Shown here: positions 36,016 to 45,910 of the stretch, piece after piece | How the letters are laid out: each line of letters begins with the position of its first letter | Numbering within the stretch: the stretch's first letter is position 1 | Virus record (IMG/VR): IMGVR_UViG_3300028592_000015 | Location: 1 to 52,514 of that record | Length of the DNA stretch: 52,514 nucleotides | Strand: one strand, 5' to 3' | Source of the DNA: a virus | Lineage: Duplodnaviria; Caudoviricetes | The notes under the pieces: model-generated | Seen by the model: the letters and a program-made list of their open reading frames with translations, nothing else | Database searches by the model: none | What the model was told of the DNA's origin: nothing | Made by a program: the position numbers and the translations under genes

Positions 36016-36695
36016 TGTGCGGACGCTTCACGAATGAACTGACCTGGCCGGAGCTATACGCCCTCTACAACATCCACAATGAGGGTCCGAAGACCAACGC
36101 GCAGCCGCGCTACAACATCGCCCCGACCCAGGACGTTGATTTCGTCCACCTCGACAAAGCCGGAAACATGGAGCTCGATCGCGGCCGATGGTGGTTGGTC
36201 CCCTTCTTCGCAAAGGAACTGCCGAAGGCGGCAATGTTCAATGCCCGCATTGAAACGGTCGATACTTCCGGTGCTTTCCGGGACGGCTTCAAGTCTCGGC
36301 GCTGCCTCATCCCGGCCGATGGCTATTTCGAATGGACAAAGAATGAGGATGACGGCGGCAAAGACCCTTGGCTTCTTCAGTTACCAAGCGGTGCGCCATT
36401 CTCGTTCGCCGGCCTATGGGCGCGGAACGATAATCTCGGCGTGACGAGCTGCACCATCATCACGGCACCGGCCGTGCCCGAAATTGCGCATATTCACACT
36501 CGAATGCCCGTCATTCTGGCCCCGGAAGCATATGGCACCTGGCTGAACACGAACATCCAAGGAGACGACGCAAAGGCCCTGCTTCTCGATGCCCAAATCG
36601 ACAGCCAGTTGGTGTTTCACCGGGTCGGCCGAGAGGTCAATTCCAGCCGATACGAAGGCACCGACACCAAGAAGCCGCTGATCAACTCGCTTTAG
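36015..36695 (+). CDS. SRAP (YedK/HMCES) abasic-site processing protein
   Basis: MCGRF, YNIAPTQ, NARxET, RRCLIPADGYFEW, HxRMPVIL. Confidence 0.95.
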   Translation: MCGRFTNELTWPELYALYNIHNEGPKTNAQPRYNIAPTQDVDFVHLDKAGNMELDRGRWWLVPFFAKELPKAAMFNARIETVDTSGAFRDGFKSRRCLIPADGYFEWTKNEDDGGKDPWLLQLPSGAPFSFAGLWARNDNLGVTSCTIITAPAVPEIAHIHTRMPVILAPEAYGTWLNTNIQGDDAKALLLDAQIDSQLVFHRVGREVNSSRYEGTDTKKPLINSL

Positions 36696-37239
36696 TCTGC
36701 GGCGCTATTCCGGCCATTTGGGCTTCAGCCTGCCGCATTTCAACGTATCGCTCGGCCGTCATGACCTCGATGGGCTTTCCGTCTTTGCTGTCGGCGATCA
36801 CGAACGCGCCCTGCTTCAAGGAAATGCGCCGGTCTCCATAAAATAATGCGGCGGCAGCGAAGGCCCCCTTCCCCACCATGAGATTGTCGGCAGTGGCAAT
36901 AACCTCGTGCCCAGCGTAGGGAGCGCGGCCATGATCCACAATGGTGAAGTTTGGCAGTTTGGGCGGAGCGAGAGGGGGAGCTTGTTTCGCTCGAGGAGCG
37001 GCGGGCTTCAGCCAAAGGTTTACGCCCCGCCGTTTGCAGGACGGGCAGCGCATCTTGTCGGAAAAATGCAGTTCGCCACGATCCGGCAGGAGATAGTGAT
37101 GCGGCCCAATGCTCTGGATAAGCCTCGGAACGTCGATCTCCTTGCTGTAGCGACAGTTTGCATGGCGGCACACGGCAAAGAGTGAATGGCCGGCAGACTG
37201 GACGTCGCCGAGGGTGTTCGAAGGTTGCGCTCTTTCCAT
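36682..37239 (-). CDS. Putative Zn-binding SOS-regulated protein
   Basis: CxxxxC and CPSC; LexA box upstream. Confidence 0.65.
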   Translation of the reverse strand: MERAQPSNTLGDVQSAGHSLFAVCRHANCRYSKEIDVPRLIQSIGPHHYLLPDRGELHFSDKMRCPSCKRRGVNLWLKPAAPRAKQAPPLAPPKLPNFTIVDHGRAPYAGHEVIATADNLMVGKGAFAAAALFYGDRRISLKQGAFVIADSKDGKPIEVMTAERYVEMRQAEAQMAGIAPQTKAS

Positions 37240-37263
37240 GGCCGTTGACTCTCGGGTCTGTTT

Positions 37264-37278
37264 GTTCTCATTATGTTC
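37264..37278. promoter_or_regulatory. Alphaproteobacterial LexA box
   Basis: GTTC-tcattat-GTTC between divergent genes, with a TTGACT hexamer on each strand nearby. Confidence 0.8.
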
Positions 37279-37320
37279 TCATTCCGAGTAGGGCGAAGAG
37301 TCAAGACAGGAGTGATCACG

Positions 37321-37725
37321 ATGGGTGAAATGTGGAAAGCCGATCCGCGCCCCCTCCCCGCCGAAGGGCCAGCTTGGCCAGGAGATGATGAGCGGGTGAC
37401 ATACAAGGGGCTGACTGTGCAGCCGCATGCCGATTTGGAGCTGTGGGAGACTTGGGACGATCGATGGGAAATCGGGCTGGCCAGTACCGGTGAAACAATA
37501 CTGGTCCTGCGAGCCGATCGCGATAAGGCAATGTCCATTGCGGAACGCCTCGCGGATGCGAGGGACTGGCCGGCCATGCATGAGGCACCGTCCTGGGCCG
37601 ATATCGCCTTTGACCCGCTGGTGCTCCAATTGATCGCCGATTACCCCGGCATGGTGAGCCTGACGATCCCCGAGGATGACGACAGCATCATTCCTTATGG
37701 CGAGGACGAAGGCCCGGAGACTTGA
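37321..37725 (+). CDS. Hypothetical acidic protein
   Basis: AGGAG RBS. Confidence 0.6.
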   Translation: MGEMWKADPRPLPAEGPAWPGDDERVTYKGLTVQPHADLELWETWDDRWEIGLASTGETILVLRADRDKAMSIAERLADARDWPAMHEAPSWADIAFDPLVLQLIADYPGMVSLTIPEDDDSIIPYGEDEGPET

Positions 37726-37738
37726 TCTCGATGCCCGG

Positions 37739-38023
37739 CTATTTACTGTTCTGCTGGCGATTCAACAGAAGCTCGTCAAGTCGCAGAGACAGCCTCTCAA
37801 TTGCCGCCTCCACCTTGCCCAGGGCCATTGCCAGTTCGCCCGTTGTTGCAAAATGCTCGGCAGCATAGAGCTTATGCGCCTCAAGCGACCGGCGTAGTTC
37901 CTCGGTCGCTCGGTCACGCTTGCCGAGCTCTGCCAGCACCCACTTGATGATGCCAAAGGCAGAGCCGCCAACGGCAAGAAGCGCCGTCATGAGGGACAGC
38001 GCCAGTTCGATAGTCAGTGTCAT
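37739..38023 (-). CDS. Membrane-anchored coiled-coil lysis protein (holin candidate)
   Basis: N-terminal TM; coupled to the spanin gene. Confidence 0.5.
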   Translation of the reverse strand: MTLTIELALSLMTALLAVGGSAFGIIKWVLAELGKRDRATEELRRSLEAHKLYAAEHFATTGELAMALGKVEAAIERLSLRLDELLLNRQQNSK

Positions 38024-38256
38024 CGGGCTTTCGTCCCTCGGCAGGCGTCGAGTTTGCGGTAGTGGCGATCGAGGTCAACGGCCCAGGCATCGACGGCGCT
38101 GTCGCCGGCGGCTTGCAGCGCGTCTATGGCGGCCGCTGGCGGCGGGGGAAGCGGCGGGCAGCTACCGGCCACCCGAGCGCTTGCGCAGCCGGTCATAAGC
38201 CCCGCCAGGATCAACAGGCCCAGCATCGATCCGATCATATTCGTCTTGGAGCGCAT
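38020..38256 (-). CDS. o-spanin (Rz1-like lipoprotein)
   Basis: Lipobox LMTG-C, Pro-rich; overlaps the i-spanin. Confidence 0.75.
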   Translation of the reverse strand: MRSKTNMIGSMLGLLILAGLMTGCASARVAGSCPPLPPPPAAAIDALQAAGDSAVDAWAVDLDRHYRKLDACRGTKAR

Positions 38257-38404
38257 CTCGTTTCCTCTGCTGCTCTGCTTGGATGTGTTCGACGCCAGCC
38301 TTCCTGCCCTTGAGAAAGGCGATGCCGATGGCGACGATGACCGCGCCGGCAATGGCGAGCGCGGTCTGAAGTTTGGCCCACGGCCCGGCGAGCCACTTAA
38401 ACAT
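38162..38404 (-). CDS. i-spanin (Rz-like)
   Basis: N-terminal TM then charged helix; follows endolysin. Confidence 0.7.
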   Translation of the reverse strand: MFKWLAGPWAKLQTALAIAGAVIVAIGIAFLKGRKAGVEHIQAEQQRKRDALQDEYDRIDAGPVDPGGAYDRLRKRSGGR

Positions 38405-39047
38405 CGCGCGGCCGGGTCAATGCCTTCGCGACCAGAAAGGCGATGAAGGCGCAGACCACCAGAACCAGGGCAATGCCAAGAGCGAGTTGAACCGGCCCAC
38501 TGCCCTGACTGATCGCCCCTGCCCCGGTCAGCACGCCGCCGGCGCCGGTCAGCACCTCCGGCTTGGTGATGATGTCCACAACGGTTTCCCGCTTGGGCTC
38601 CGGCCGGAATTCTGGCGTCGGTGCTTCCTTGGTTCGGGTCGCGGTCGGGAACCACGAACCGTCATTCCACCGGCGCGCCGGTCCGGTATCGATGTGCATG
38701 AAGTTCGACCTGGGATAATGGCCGAAGCCAGTGAAGCCGACCGCACGAGCCTCGCGCTCGAACTGAGCCGGATCGTGGTTCTCCATTCGAACGTCGAAGG
38801 CTTTGGCCAGCAGATGTTGCGAACCAGGAGCCCCGCCAACGGCCTTGTTATGCTCCGGAGAGCGATACGCGGAATTGACGATCAGCGGCTTACCGAGGCG
38901 CGTTCGCAGCGCTTGCAGCTTGTCCATGCTTGGCGGATCGATCATGAGCTTACCGGTGCCGCGGCAAGCCATTTCCTGCGGGCTGAAATTCGGCCAGCGC
39001 CAATCGTCCGGCGGGAAATCCCGCCAGGTCCTGTAGACCTTGCCCAT
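38397..39047 (-). CDS. Endolysin, peptidase M15A, with C-terminal TM
   Basis: SAYRSPEHN..VGGA..SQH...AFD, HIDTG; GGAGG RBS. Confidence 0.88.
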   Translation of the reverse strand: MGKVYRTWRDFPPDDWRWPNFSPQEMACRGTGKLMIDPPSMDKLQALRTRLGKPLIVNSAYRSPEHNKAVGGAPGSQHLLAKAFDVRMENHDPAQFEREARAVGFTGFGHYPRSNFMHIDTGPARRWNDGSWFPTATRTKEAPTPEFRPEPKRETVVDIITKPEVLTGAGGVLTGAGAISQGSGPVQLALGIALVLVVCAFIAFLVAKALTRPRDV

Positions 39048-39070
39048 GTTGGGCCTCCTATCGATGTTGG

Positions 39071-39099
39071 AAAAGAAAAGGCCCCGCAGAAGCGAGGCC
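39071..39099 (-). terminator. Intrinsic terminator before the lysis cassette
   Basis: GGCCTCGC-ttct-GCGGGGCC-TTTTCTTTT. Confidence 0.7.
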
Positions 39100-39296
39100 G
39101 GAACGAATTGGGTATTTATCAGTTCATAACTCGAGCATCTGGCCCGGTTGTTGACGCTCAATCGTGTGGCTGGATGCTCACCCTAAATGCCGCCGCCTGC
39201 CTAACAGAGGTCAGGATGGGCGGCTTTTCCGCTTCGGGAGTGGATTTAGCGCTCGTGTCGCGCTATTTTGCCGGCCTCGTAGGAAACTCAGGACGC

Positions 39297-39641
39297 ATGA
39301 CGCTATCGACAGACGCAGAAGCAGAACTCGCCCGCATCTTCACGCTGCCCAACATTGTAATGGGTGTCGGCATCATCGGGATGTTGATGTTTGCCTTGAT
39401 AACAAACCTAGCAGCGTCCAAGTGCGAATGGGATCAGCCGCTGGTGTTTTTGCCTTTCGGCACCGCCGTCTTGGCGGGAATTAGCACAGTCTTCGGGGTT
39501 CTGTCCTCGAGGTGGGATGGGCGCATTAGGCTGGTGCTCGCGGTTGCGGTTCTCGCTATTGGGGTCGGTTTGGTCTGGTTTGCAGCGCCCAACCCCATCA
39601 CATGCATCTACTTTCCTGGCTTTGGAGAGCCCCGGCCGTGA
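39297..39641 (+). CDS. Three-TM membrane protein (moron)
   Basis: Three hydrophobic segments; AGGA RBS; antisense to late genes. Confidence 0.6.
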   Translation: MTLSTDAEAELARIFTLPNIVMGVGIIGMLMFALITNLAASKCEWDQPLVFLPFGTAVLAGISTVFGVLSSRWDGRIRLVLAVAVLAIGVGLVWFAAPNPITCIYFPGFGEPRP

Positions 39642-39803
39642 CATCCAGAGAGAGCATGATCGCCATGGCAGCGATGGCCGCCGTTTTTGCAGTAGCATGC
39701 CTGACCGTGTTCGCGGCGGCATCGGCCTGCTCACAAATGAATTGTCTAGCTGCGCTTCCGGGCCCCTCTACGGACATAATGGTTGACTTGCAGACACGTC
39801 ACC

Positions 39804-41939
39804 CTACATCTCAGCCGTAGCCGTCACTGTGCAATCTGCTGCGGCAGTGTGGGTAAGCTCGAACCCGTCGCGGGTAACGTTGCCCGACGATCCGACTGAA
39901 ACCGAGACCGTCGGCGTCCCGCGCTTCCTGACCAACTGGATATGACGAGAGCCGTTCTCTGTCCGCACCGCCTTTATCTCGCAGAACGGTAGGCATAGCC
40001 GCTCTTCTGCCTCCCAACTTCGGAATGGAAACGGGTCGTCCACTTGCGACCAGTCGCCAGGCATCACGCTGACATGGGCGATGTCGAAAGTGCCGCTCTG
40101 CTGCCCAAGGCTAGACGTACGAGCGTTGAAGTTTGACCCTGCATCGAACCAGAAATAGAGCCCAAGGAAGTCGTTGCCGGCGGTCCCGAGCGTCTTTCCA
40201 ACTATTGACGGCACGTCGATAACGGCCTGGAACTTCTGCCAGGCCGTAGTCAAAGAGACTTTGGCAGCGCCGATCCCGTTCACCTGAGCAGACGGAGAGC
40301 CGCCAGTGCCGAAGAACTGGGTTAGCTCATAGGCCAGTTGGCGCGCCGCATCAGCTTTTGCCCAGAAGGTCACAGTGACTTTGCGGCCGCTTCGCATCTC
40401 CACGCCGGCCATTGGCTGAGACATTGCCGCGAAGTTTCCTGCAGCTGCAACCGAAGTCACCGCGGTACGCAAGAAATACCGGGGACCACCTGGTACGTCT
40501 GTTTGTCCTGGAATAAACGCGCTCTGCGAGGCGTTCTTAGTGGACCCACTATTGATGCAATTCCACCGATCGGCAGAGCCATAGCCGCTGCTCGTTTGCG
40601 ATGTTGCCCTCTGCCAAATGTCGAAATTGCCGTTGATGATTTCGTTTTCATTAAATTCCGGCACGATGACCGCGCCAGCCCGTCCGTTTACACTGGTGAC
40701 GGGTGCATTGAAGCGGGCGAAGGCCAAGGCCGTCGTGCCAATCGTCCCGCCAACATTGGACGTGCTGTACCAAAGGGTGCCCTTGTTGACCGTGCCGTCA
40801 CGGACCGAGAACAGAGGGCCGATATTGCTGTCATACGTGGCAAAGTCAGGATGCCGCGTTGCCGCCCCTGACGCCTGAACGACATAGATTCCGTTCTCGG
40901 CCGACGCGGTCTGCGCTGCCAGAAGAACGCGATCACCAGTCGCCAACAAAACCCCGTTGACGGTATCGCCGTTTTCCAGGCCCGTGGCGATATCAATGTT
41001 GCTGATCGCCATCGTCCGCACAATCGTGAGCGCGGAGGCACCAGTCATCCCTTCCGCGCCAGGATCGCCTTTCGCGGCCTTGACCTGCTCGACCTGGAAG
41101 CGACGACGGCCGTGCAGCGAGACCACGGTATCGGTAGTGGAACCGGCAATGTGCACCCGGATCGTGTGAACGCCTGCGCTCGGGATCACGTGCCGGATTT
41201 TCGGCGAGTTCACCATCGTATCGACGGGGACGAGGTAGTCTTTCACCCACTGGCCGGCATTGGCAATGGCGAGGCCGTTCCACTGCTTGGCGCCCGACGG
41301 GAAGAAGTTATAGGCGTCACCATCGAGGTAGCACCGGCAAGCGCCATTCTTGTTCACGCCGCTCATGCTGGTGGTGAACACGACGAGCGGAATGGCGATG
41401 GAGATATAGACCTCCACGTTGTCTTCATAGGTCGTGAATGTGTAGCTCTCGACCAGCTCTTCGTGCAGGTCGGCATTCGAGGTGACGTCGACATTGTCGT
41501 CGCGATAGGCGTCCACCAAAAGCAGGGGCGTACCACTCTCCGCGTCCTCACCGACATTGGACCCCGACACCACCATGGCCGTGCCATTGTAGACCAGCGT
41601 GTAGAGCCTGCCGGCGCGTAGGTCCGCATTGGCCAGCGCGTTGCCGGCCGCCGTGACGATAGCCACGGCTCCGCACGCGTCGATATTGATGGTCATCGCG
41701 CCGGTATTGTTGTTGATCGGCTCGAAGTAGAAGCTCATCCCCTTCCGATATTCGGGAATGGTGATCGATGCCTGGGCGGTGATGACATTGGTTCCGGCGA
41801 CATTGTTCAGCCAGACCGGGGCACGGTCGTGGAGATTCACGACCTCAGCATTGGCGCGGTTCTGCCAATTCTTGGAATTGACCGGCAATACGGAACCAGC
41901 GTCCTCCGAGGGGAGGCCGCGTGAAACGGCTGTTGGCAT
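39804..41939 (-). CDS. Tail fibre / receptor-binding protein
   Basis: NTGAMTINID, GDRVLLxxQTxxxENGIY, VTSVNGxxG, IINGNFDIWQR modules. Confidence 0.85.
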   Translation of the reverse strand: MPTAVSRGLPSEDAGSVLPVNSKNWQNRANAEVVNLHDRAPVWLNNVAGTNVITAQASITIPEYRKGMSFYFEPINNNTGAMTINIDACGAVAIVTAAGNALANADLRAGRLYTLVYNGTAMVVSGSNVGEDAESGTPLLLVDAYRDDNVDVTSNADLHEELVESYTFTTYEDNVEVYISIAIPLVVFTTSMSGVNKNGACRCYLDGDAYNFFPSGAKQWNGLAIANAGQWVKDYLVPVDTMVNSPKIRHVIPSAGVHTIRVHIAGSTTDTVVSLHGRRRFQVEQVKAAKGDPGAEGMTGASALTIVRTMAISNIDIATGLENGDTVNGVLLATGDRVLLAAQTASAENGIYVVQASGAATRHPDFATYDSNIGPLFSVRDGTVNKGTLWYSTSNVGGTIGTTALAFARFNAPVTSVNGRAGAVIVPEFNENEIINGNFDIWQRATSQTSSGYGSADRWNCINSGSTKNASQSAFIPGQTDVPGGPRYFLRTAVTSVAAAGNFAAMSQPMAGVEMRSGRKVTVTFWAKADAARQLAYELTQFFGTGGSPSAQVNGIGAAKVSLTTAWQKFQAVIDVPSIVGKTLGTAGNDFLGLYFWFDAGSNFNARTSSLGQQSGTFDIAHVSVMPGDWSQVDDPFPFRSWEAEERLCLPFCEIKAVRTENGSRHIQLVRKRGTPTVSVSVGSSGNVTRDGFELTHTAAADCTVTATAEM

Positions 41940-41950
41940 GTTGGTTTTCC

Positions 41951-44668
41951 TTAAGCCCAGAGGTCGGGCGCTTCATCCACGAAGGTGATGCGGCAGAGGT
42001 CGGCGGACTTCGGCGTGATGTCGAAGACGATCAGGCGGCGATATTCCTGGCCAAGCGGCCCGGTGACGACGAGGCTGTCATAGCCAAAGAGACTTTCCGG
42101 GTCTTCGAACGGCTCGGCAAAGGTCAGGGTCTTGGTCTCGCCATCGACCCCAGAGACTTCCTTGATCAGCACGGTCCCATTCTTTTGCCGAATGGCGATG
42201 CCAAGGCGAGAGCCAGCATAGCCATCGCCGTAATCGTCCCAGGCGGGGTCCTTGTCGGCAAAGGCGTCATCGGCGGGCGATGCGACGCTTCCGTCGAGTT
42301 GCAGCCCAACAATGAGGTCCGGGTCGGTCCCATCCATGATCTTCGAAACGACCCGGGAGAACCCGACCTGTCGTGCCAGAACGTCATGCTGGACGCCGAC
42401 GAGATCGCCGCGGCGACAGACGAGCAACGCCTCCGGGTCGGCATCGGCCGTATAGAACTTGAAGCGCCGGCGCATCTGCGCCATGTCGAAAAGCGCCCTG
42501 TTTCGCGCCTCCACCTCGGTCACCAGGCCATCGTAGCGAATGTCCTCGTAGTCTCCCCTATCAGCCTTGGCCTCAGGATCGGCGACCAGAATTTCCCGCT
42601 CGCGATAGCCGTCGTCCCTGTCGCTGAATCGCACACGGAGCCCGCTCGGACGATGCGCGAATGCCGTCTCAAAGGAAAAATTGGCGAGGTTCCGGGGCGA
42701 GAAGATTTGGATTGGCGCATCGGCCGACCTGTCCCGGTCGATCATCACGCCCCACTTCTCGCTTTGCCGGGGCCGGGCATACCCTGCCCCAGCGATCAGG
42801 TTGGCCGCATCCCAGACCGATAGCCCATCAATGACGGCGTTGACCTCATAGCCCATGGCCTCGCAATGCGTCCGCCAGTCGAGCAGATCGTCATCATCCA
42901 TGAGGTCGGTAGGCAGTGGCGCAGCGCCGAGGTCACCCGACAGAACGTCACGGAGGTGCGGCGCCGGATTGCTTGTCGTGGTCCAGTGCTCCCACCCGTT
43001 TTCTCCGTGGTCGCGCACATAGCCGCTGGCGATGCAACTGAGTTGGTCGAATTGCCGGCCATAGCCACGAATGGCGATGAGCGCGAAATCACGGGTCGCA
43101 ATCGGGTGCTCGAACCAGACCGACGTGACGCGCACCAGGTTCACCGCGTTGGTGATCTTCGCCAGGATGACTGGGATGCCATAGTAGTTTTCAGCATCGC
43201 GGCGATAGCCGAAGAAGTCATAGATGTTCGTGCCTTCCGAGCCGCCAGAGGCGAGTTCGTAGTTGGCGATGTCGAACGCGCTGAGGTTATACGGGAAGCC
43301 TCGCATGACCTCGATTTCCCAGGTTCCCTTGGTGAAATCCGCGGCGTTGAAGAAGAAGAATTCGACCCGGTCCTTATAGAGCGCAACGTTCTGCACGCCC
43401 GTCGTCAGGTAGTTGGTCGGCGACATGTAGGTGTCGCTGGCCCCGGCATAGAAATACTCATGAGCCTCCCAGCCTCCCAAGCCAACGGGATCAATGTCTT
43501 GAGTGGGCACTGACACATAGGCGGCAAAGGGCTGATCGCCGAAAGCTGGAGCGACTGGCGTGGTCGGCTCCTGCACGCCGAACCGGAATTTTACGGCCTT
43601 CCGGAACGGCTTCACGCCGGCGTTTCGAAAATGGATTTCGGGCAGATAGAGCCAGGTCGTTGAGCCGCGCTTCCGCATCCGGAAGCGCATCGGCAAGGCA
43701 ATGGCGGCCGTCGCATCGGTCTGGGAGACGAGACCCTGCGGAAACACGCAATCGAGCGTGATTTCGTCAGGGTCGACCCGACCGACCACGGGATACCATT
43801 TCGGAGCCGAGTTGCCCGGGTTGAGCTGATCGACAAGCCGCGTCGTGAAAACGGAATCAACCTGCTGCGCCGGCAGATCGACTTGCGGGCTGTCCGAGCG
43901 CCCCTGCCGCTTGATCAGGCTGAGGTCGGCATCGCCCGGCCATCCTTCGCGAACCTCCCACTGAACTCCCGGGATCTGGTTGATAGGAACATCGCCGAGG
44001 CGGATATCCTCGATCTCGTGCGGGCCGGCCAGTCCATAGATTGCTTCCGCAACTTCCTGATCGCCGATGATCTCGACCAATGGCATGGACAGTAGCGGCG
44101 GATAAACCTTCATCGTCCCGACGACACGTGGCACAGAACCGCCGGGCTGCAACACATTGCCCGACAGCGACGTGTTGACGAGCTGCGTGGCATCCTGGCC
44201 GGCGGCCCCGGTGATCGCGCCGGCAGAGGGCGGCGCAGAAAGCGCAGCGATGGCCAGCGAACCGCCGAGCGTCACCGCACCAGCGGCAATTTGCGCACCC
44301 CAAGCCCCTGCGGCAAAGGCAGGCCCAAGCGCCGCGAGCGCGCCACCACTGATGAGCGAGGCACCGACCAACACGGCGATGCTTGCCAAGGTGGCCAGCA
44401 CGTTCTTGCCGCCCTCGCCGCCACCATGAAGCTGCATATGCAGGGTGATGATGGGCTGCCGCTCGGGAACGATCTTGGGATAGACCCGGCACCAGTGCTC
44501 GCGCGGGATGATCTCGCCATTGATGCGGGCCTCGCCGGTCTCAGCAAAGCCCTCCGGCAAGCTGGGCACAGCCGCAACAATCTCGGCAATGGTCAGGCCT
44601 GCGGGCGCGGAAAAGCACTGCGGCGTCCCGACAAAGGGCACGTCGCGCCAGCGAACGGGGATTGTCAT
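41951..44668 (-). CDS. Central tail tip / host-specificity (TipJ-like) protein
   Basis: 905 aa after NlpC; N-terminal gpI-like GGGK+TM region; TSNPA motif. Confidence 0.85.
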   Translation of the reverse strand: MTIPVRWRDVPFVGTPQCFSAPAGLTIAEIVAAVPSLPEGFAETGEARINGEIIPREHWCRVYPKIVPERQPIITLHMQLHGGGEGGKNVLATLASIAVLVGASLISGGALAALGPAFAAGAWGAQIAAGAVTLGGSLAIAALSAPPSAGAITGAAGQDATQLVNTSLSGNVLQPGGSVPRVVGTMKVYPPLLSMPLVEIIGDQEVAEAIYGLAGPHEIEDIRLGDVPINQIPGVQWEVREGWPGDADLSLIKRQGRSDSPQVDLPAQQVDSVFTTRLVDQLNPGNSAPKWYPVVGRVDPDEITLDCVFPQGLVSQTDATAAIALPMRFRMRKRGSTTWLYLPEIHFRNAGVKPFRKAVKFRFGVQEPTTPVAPAFGDQPFAAYVSVPTQDIDPVGLGGWEAHEYFYAGASDTYMSPTNYLTTGVQNVALYKDRVEFFFFNAADFTKGTWEIEVMRGFPYNLSAFDIANYELASGGSEGTNIYDFFGYRRDAENYYGIPVILAKITNAVNLVRVTSVWFEHPIATRDFALIAIRGYGRQFDQLSCIASGYVRDHGENGWEHWTTTSNPAPHLRDVLSGDLGAAPLPTDLMDDDDLLDWRTHCEAMGYEVNAVIDGLSVWDAANLIAGAGYARPRQSEKWGVMIDRDRSADAPIQIFSPRNLANFSFETAFAHRPSGLRVRFSDRDDGYREREILVADPEAKADRGDYEDIRYDGLVTEVEARNRALFDMAQMRRRFKFYTADADPEALLVCRRGDLVGVQHDVLARQVGFSRVVSKIMDGTDPDLIVGLQLDGSVASPADDAFADKDPAWDDYGDGYAGSRLGIAIRQKNGTVLIKEVSGVDGETKTLTFAEPFEDPESLFGYDSLVVTGPLGQEYRRLIVFDITPKSADLCRITFVDEAPDLWA

Positions 44669-44677
44669 GAGGCAGCC

Positions 44678-45010
44678 TTAGAGCTTGATGGAATTCAGAG
44701 TGTGCGCCATCTGGCTCATTGACTGGGTGCTCCAATCGACAACGGGCAGCTTCCCGGCTTTCGGCTGGGCAAGAAGCTGATCATAGAGCGGCTGAAGTTC
44801 CGCCTCGAACTGATCTCGCCACTTGTTGCGCGTCTGCCGTTCGAGCTCGATGTAGGCATCCTGAAGCGCAGCATTGCGGTCGTCGCTGCCTCCGACCGGC
44901 GAAATGTTGGCCGTGTCAGCGCTGATTGGCTGCATCTGGAAGTCGATCACCGACTTATGCATACGGGCCCCAAGAGCGCGGCATCGAGCGACAAGTTCTG
45001 CATTGGTCAT
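44678..45010 (-). CDS. Hypothetical protein
   Basis: ATGA-coupled insertion between NlpC and tip genes. Confidence 0.55.
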   Translation of the reverse strand: MTNAELVARCRALGARMHKSVIDFQMQPISADTANISPVGGSDDRNAALQDAYIELERQTRNKWRDQFEAELQPLYDQLLAQPKAGKLPVVDWSTQSMSQMAHTLNSIKL

Positions 45011-45402
45011 GCAAAGGCCTCATGGCGATAGACGCCGGCGATGCGGTGTCTAATTGTGGGATGATCCCGGCGCACCAGAACGGCGCCGGTTGCTTTCTCG
45101 GTGTGCAGAATGTGGCGAGCATCGGCGACGATGCCGCAATGGATGATTGCGCGGCGAGACTTGGCCTCGGGGCGTCCAAACATCAGCACGACGTCGTAAG
45201 GCTGCCACGTCCCTGTCACAGGCGCCCATGGGCCGCGCTGGGCTTCTGGCGCAATGGTGCGCGCTACGGCATGGAGATTGTCGCCAATATCGTCGAATGC
45301 TGGGAGATCGATGCCACGGTTGCGGTAGGCGAGACGGACGAGGCTCCAGCAATTGGCGCCGGCGTATGGCAGGCCCGCAAGGCTGACAATGGCGGAGTTC
45401 AC
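45007..45402 (-). CDS. NlpC/P60 tail-tip protein
   Basis: GLPY..NCWSLVR, HCGI, ILH. Confidence 0.85.
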   Translation of the reverse strand: MNSAIVSLAGLPYAGANCWSLVRLAYRNRGIDLPAFDDIGDNLHAVARTIAPEAQRGPWAPVTGTWQPYDVVLMFGRPEAKSRRAIIHCGIVADARHILHTEKATGAVLVRRDHPTIRHRIAGVYRHEAFA

Positions 45403-45896
45403 TTCACCCCCCGCTCCTTACATTGAGCCCAAACGCTGACCTCGATGTCAATCAACCGACTGGTCAGGGACTTATCTACGGAAGCTAAGTTCAACTGATG
45501 GCTGGCCAACATGAGCATTTCATGGGCCTGGGCGAGGTGATCGACTTTCCCTATCCCCGTATGCCGGAGCATGCCCAAATAGTGATGGCGCGCCCAGAAC
45601 TGATGCCAAGCATGGGTCGCGCCTCGAATCATGCGCGACTTCCCACGTTTGCGCGGAAACTCTGGGCCGACGCTCTTCCACGCGGGTAGCGCGATAGCCA
45701 TTATCCACCAAAAGGAGAACCAACCTCCGATGATGGCAACAAGGGCCACAATGGGCAGAACGAAGTCGGTTCCAGGCTGACGGTCTATCTGCACCAGAAG
45801 CGCGAACCCGGCCGCCGGTATCAGCGGGATCATGAGAAAACAAAGAGCACAGATGATGATCTGTGCTCGAAAGACCATTTTGCGAAACCTATCCAT
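45399..45896 (-). CDS. Hypothetical membrane protein
   Basis: Two TM helices in the N-terminal half. Confidence 0.5.
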   Translation of the reverse strand: MDRFRKMVFRAQIIICALCFLMIPLIPAAGFALLVQIDRQPGTDFVLPIVALVAIIGGWFSFWWIMAIALPAWKSVGPEFPRKRGKSRMIRGATHAWHQFWARHHYLGMLRHTGIGKVDHLAQAHEMLMLASHQLNLASVDKSLTSRLIDIEVSVWAQCKERGVK

Positions 45897-45910
45897 TTAG
45901 TCGCTGGCTC

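Noticed and set aside
39804-41939. DGR or invertase-driven fibre variation
   Set aside because: No reverse transcriptase, invertase or duplicated fibre tip seen
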